Shown here: one piece after another, positions 61,630-64,000 of the stretch
How the letters are laid out: every line of letters starts with the position of its first letter
Position numbering within the stretch: position 1 is the stretch's first letter
Assembly (NCBI GenBank): GCA_963827275.1
Contig: CAWHAA010000008.1
Location: forward strand, 320,001 to 384,000
Length of the DNA: 64,000 bases
From: an uncultured Spirochaetota bacterium
Lineage (GTDB): Bacteria; Spirochaetota; UBA4802; UBA5550
Reading direction: 5' to 3'
Made by a program: the position numbers and the translations under genes
The notes under the pieces: generated by a model
The model's input: the letters and a program-made list of their open reading frames with translations, nothing else
What the model was told of the DNA's origin: nothing
Database searches by the model: none

Positions 61630-61956
61630 CTATATAACCTGGGCAATTACAGCCCCGTTTGCATAATCAATTTGAACATCAATACATGCATTGCCTAATA
61701 ACTCCACCCTGGGATACGCATTTTTTATTGCATTACATAATTGTGTTTTTTGTTGATTGTTCAGCAACCGACTGTTCGACGATACCAAAATGTTTTCTGT
61801 TGATGGCGCCGGAAGATTGACCACCCGTATTTTATACGTTTTATAAAAACATGACACATCATATTTCCAGAAGACTTTTTTATTTTTTCCCGCCCATGTT
61901 CTTATAATGCCGGATAATCTTTTCTTTTCTAAAAGTCCTTGTCTGGTAGTGTTCAT
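61630..61956 (-). CDS. Hypothetical protein (AT-rich)
   Basis: ATGA overlap with the MarR gene; no motif. Confidence 0.6.
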   Translation of the reverse strand: MNTTRQGLLEKKRLSGIIRTWAGKNKKVFWKYDVSCFYKTYKIRVVNLPAPSTENILVSSNSRLLNNQQKTQLCNAIKNAYPRVELLGNACIDVQIDYANGAVIAQVI

Positions 61957-62390
61957 CTTTTTTTTCTCTCTAATATTTTATTCATATATTTTGAAATGGC
62001 GGTTAGTGATTCAAAAAATTCTTTTTTTTCTTTTTCTGAGAAATCAGATATCAATGACTCCAGATAAACATCAAAGTCATCTTTTATAATTTTTGCAGCT
62101 TTAATTCCTTTGTTCGTGAGAGATAACGTTATTTTCCTTCTGTCGTTTTCAGGAGAGTTCCTTGTAATAAACCCGTATTTTTCGAGGTAATCAACGGAAC
62201 GGGTAAAGGAGCTTTTTTCTAATCCATTCATCTGGCTTATTTCGGACATTGATTTTTCATTATTCTCATTGATACACATCAGGATGTTTATCTGGGTTTT
62301 GTTTATAGCGAGGTTCAGTTTTGATATGTCATGTTCATAGAATACCTTTTTAATAAACTGCGGAAAAATAGTGATTCTGTCCCGAAACAT
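61953..62390 (-). CDS. MarR family transcriptional regulator
   Basis: SMSEIS…LEKSSFTRSVDYLEKYGFITR…DRRKITLSLTNKG. Confidence 0.9.
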   Translation of the reverse strand: MFRDRITIFPQFIKKVFYEHDISKLNLAINKTQINILMCINENNEKSMSEISQMNGLEKSSFTRSVDYLEKYGFITRNSPENDRRKITLSLTNKGIKAAKIIKDDFDVYLESLISDFSEKEKKEFFESLTAISKYMNKILERKKR

Positions 62391-62406
62391 GCGCTCTTCC
62401 TTGATT

Positions 62407-62435
62407 GTTGTAAAAACAAAAGTTGTAAATACAAC
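62407..62435. promoter_or_regulatory. Tandem MarR-type operator sites
   Basis: GTTGTAAAAACAAA (62407-20) and palindrome GTTGTA-AA-TACAAC (62422-35), just upstream of the MarR SD. Confidence 0.65.
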
Positions 62436-62618
62436 AATAAAGAAACGGCCACATCCTGTCAAGCAGATAATTCAATTGGGGTTATGTGCCGATACCTGGC
62501 AGATAAGGAATGGATCTTTAACCGGATGTGCAGGATCAACGTGCCCGGGATTTTGTGGTGCTTGATCCAATGGTGTTAAGTATCAAGAAGCCGGCATGGT
62601 GACGGGGGCTGGGCGTCA

Positions 62619-62999
62619 TTACATGAAATATGCCGCCACGCACACCGCGCCGACCGCGATCCGTACCGCCCCTTCCACGTACATCAGCTTTTTTACGTGC
62701 CAGTCGTTAAATTCGTCCGATGCGGCCTGGAACATCTGCCTGAACTTGTCAGGATAGAGGAGCACGAAGGGGCCGCTCAGTACGACGATGAGCCCGGTGA
62801 TGAAGATGAACGGCGAGAACCGGCCATCATACACGGTGAGAGGAAGTCCCGCGGCGATGAGCAGGAGCCCGTGGAGGAAAAAGAATTTACTCGATGACCA
62901 GGCCCGCCAGACGCTGAAGATGCGCCGGGGCATGATCAGGTCGCTCATGCCGAGGGTGATAAAAAATATCCCGAAGATTAATATATAGAGCCGGATCAT
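62619..62999 (-). CDS. Hypothetical membrane protein
   Basis: Four TM segments; ATGA-coupled to the upstream hydrolase. Confidence 0.7.
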   Translation of the reverse strand: MIRLYILIFGIFFITLGMSDLIMPRRIFSVWRAWSSSKFFFLHGLLLIAAGLPLTVYDGRFSPFIFITGLIVVLSGPFVLLYPDKFRQMFQAASDEFNDWHVKKLMYVEGAVRIAVGAVCVAAYFM

Positions 63000-63790
63000 C
63001 GTTCTGCCGACCCGCTGCCTTCCGGCGCCGTCGGGCATTCTTCGGAGAGCCAGCCGATCAGTGACTCCTTGATGACGCGGATATCCGCGTCGCGCGTCAG
63101 GTTGTGGTCTCCATCCTCGATGATGACGGTCTTCAGAAATACCGGGAGCAGGTCCTCCAGGATGCCCGTGTTCCGCGGGTCCACGACGGCGTCCCTGCCG
63201 CCATGAATGGCCAGGACCGGGACGCGCACCTTCATGAGCGTCTCCTCCATGTCGATCCCCGCTATTTCGCGGAAGAAGGAATTTTTTATGTTTATCCCGT
63301 CAATTGCCGTCATGCCGTCTTCCGGGAGCGAGGCCGGGTCGCAGGCGCCGGGGATATCGGGAAACATGTTCCTGAAATCAACGGGCGCCGCGATAAGGAC
63401 CAGCGACCGGACTCCCGCGTCCCCGCGCGCGGCGTAGAGAAGGGTGACAGCGGCGCCCATGCTGGACCCCATCAGGTGGATTGCATTCACGCCCGATGCC
63501 TTGAAATGCGCGACCGCCGCTGAGAGGTCCTCAACCTCCTGAAGGACGGACAGGTCGCAGAGATCGCCCCCGGATTCGCCGGATGAGGAAAAGTCGAAGG
63601 TCATGAGCGCGTATCCGGCCGCGGCGATGTCATCCGCGAGCCTTGTTATCTTGTAGCCGTCCTTCGAGGAAAAGAGGCCGTGGCTGAAGATCACGCCGGC
63701 CCCGCAGGGCCGTTCCGGCCGGTATATCCTTCCGGCAAGCAAGCGCCCCCGGTTGTTTTTGAAACGGATGTTTTCACCCGACGCTGTCAT
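62996..63790 (-). CDS. Alpha/beta hydrolase
   Basis: FSHGLFSSKD, FDFSSSGESGG, GSSMG, IHGGRDAVV, GDH. Confidence 0.88.
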   Translation of the reverse strand: MTASGENIRFKNNRGRLLAGRIYRPERPCGAGVIFSHGLFSSKDGYKITRLADDIAAAGYALMTFDFSSSGESGGDLCDLSVLQEVEDLSAAVAHFKASGVNAIHLMGSSMGAAVTLLYAARGDAGVRSLVLIAAPVDFRNMFPDIPGACDPASLPEDGMTAIDGINIKNSFFREIAGIDMEETLMKVRVPVLAIHGGRDAVVDPRNTGILEDLLPVFLKTVIIEDGDHNLTRDADIRVIKESLIGWLSEECPTAPEGSGSAER

Positions 63791-64000
63791 TTTTTGGCCA
63801 GCTTGATAAGGGGCTCAAAATACCCTTCAGAGTTGTTGCCGTCGATCATGATTTTCAATGGGCGCAGGTAGAGGGTCTCCCTTCCGCCTTTTTTTGTCTT
63901 ATGCCCGCCGAAGAGAAAGTACGATGATTTCGCCTTTACGAATCCCTTACCGGTCCCCATAGATCGGTGCTCTTCCTTCATTTCGTATATGTTGATCTTC
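63787..64000 (-). CDS. 3' part of a hypothetical gene entering from the right edge
   Basis: Open frame to TGA at 63787, overlapping the hydrolase ATG. Confidence 0.55.
   Translation of the reverse strand, partial: KINIYEMKEEHRSMGTGKGFVKAKSSYFLFGGHKTKKGGRETLYLRPLKIMIDGNNSEGYFEPLIKLAKK

Noticed and set aside
1..64000. CRISPR array, prophage, rRNA or tRNA genes
   Set aside because: No regularly spaced repeats, phage hallmark genes or RNA-gene signatures were seen by eye

Overview
A GC-rich bacterial chromosomal segment, probably from an anaerobic Spirochaetota genome. This is an inference from a Leptospira Lsa36-like surface protein, spirochaete-style lipoproteins and the class III RNR. It carries about 55 genes. 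Proteostasis: the N-degron set bpt, clpS, clpA and aat, plus hslO and clpB. Lipid and fatty-acid metabolism: several alpha/beta hydrolases, a TetR-linked ECH / 2x FabK-NMO / FadH cluster, an SCP2-like protein and a thiolase. Also present are glgP, ttcA, an RluA synthase, an MCP, an MBOAT-SGNH pair, a ParE/Phd toxin-antitoxin module and one IS1182-family element. At least nine genes are broken by single-base indels, most likely long-read errors. Best candidates for novelty: (1) a class III ribonucleotide reductase whose glycyl-radical loop (YSRVVGYFRP) lies in a separate ~50-codon gene between nrdD and nrdG, with a divergent glutaredoxin plus ferredoxin:disulfide-reductase pair as the likely electron supply; (2) a lysophospholipase fused in frame to a ~100-aa histone-H1-like tail, plus a stand-alone H1-like gene preceded by a nested stem-loop; (3) an IS1182 inserted exactly in the loop of a perfect 13-bp palindrome and lacking its own stop codon. 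No rRNA, tRNA or CRISPR array was seen. All calls come from motif recognition by eye; no database searches were run.
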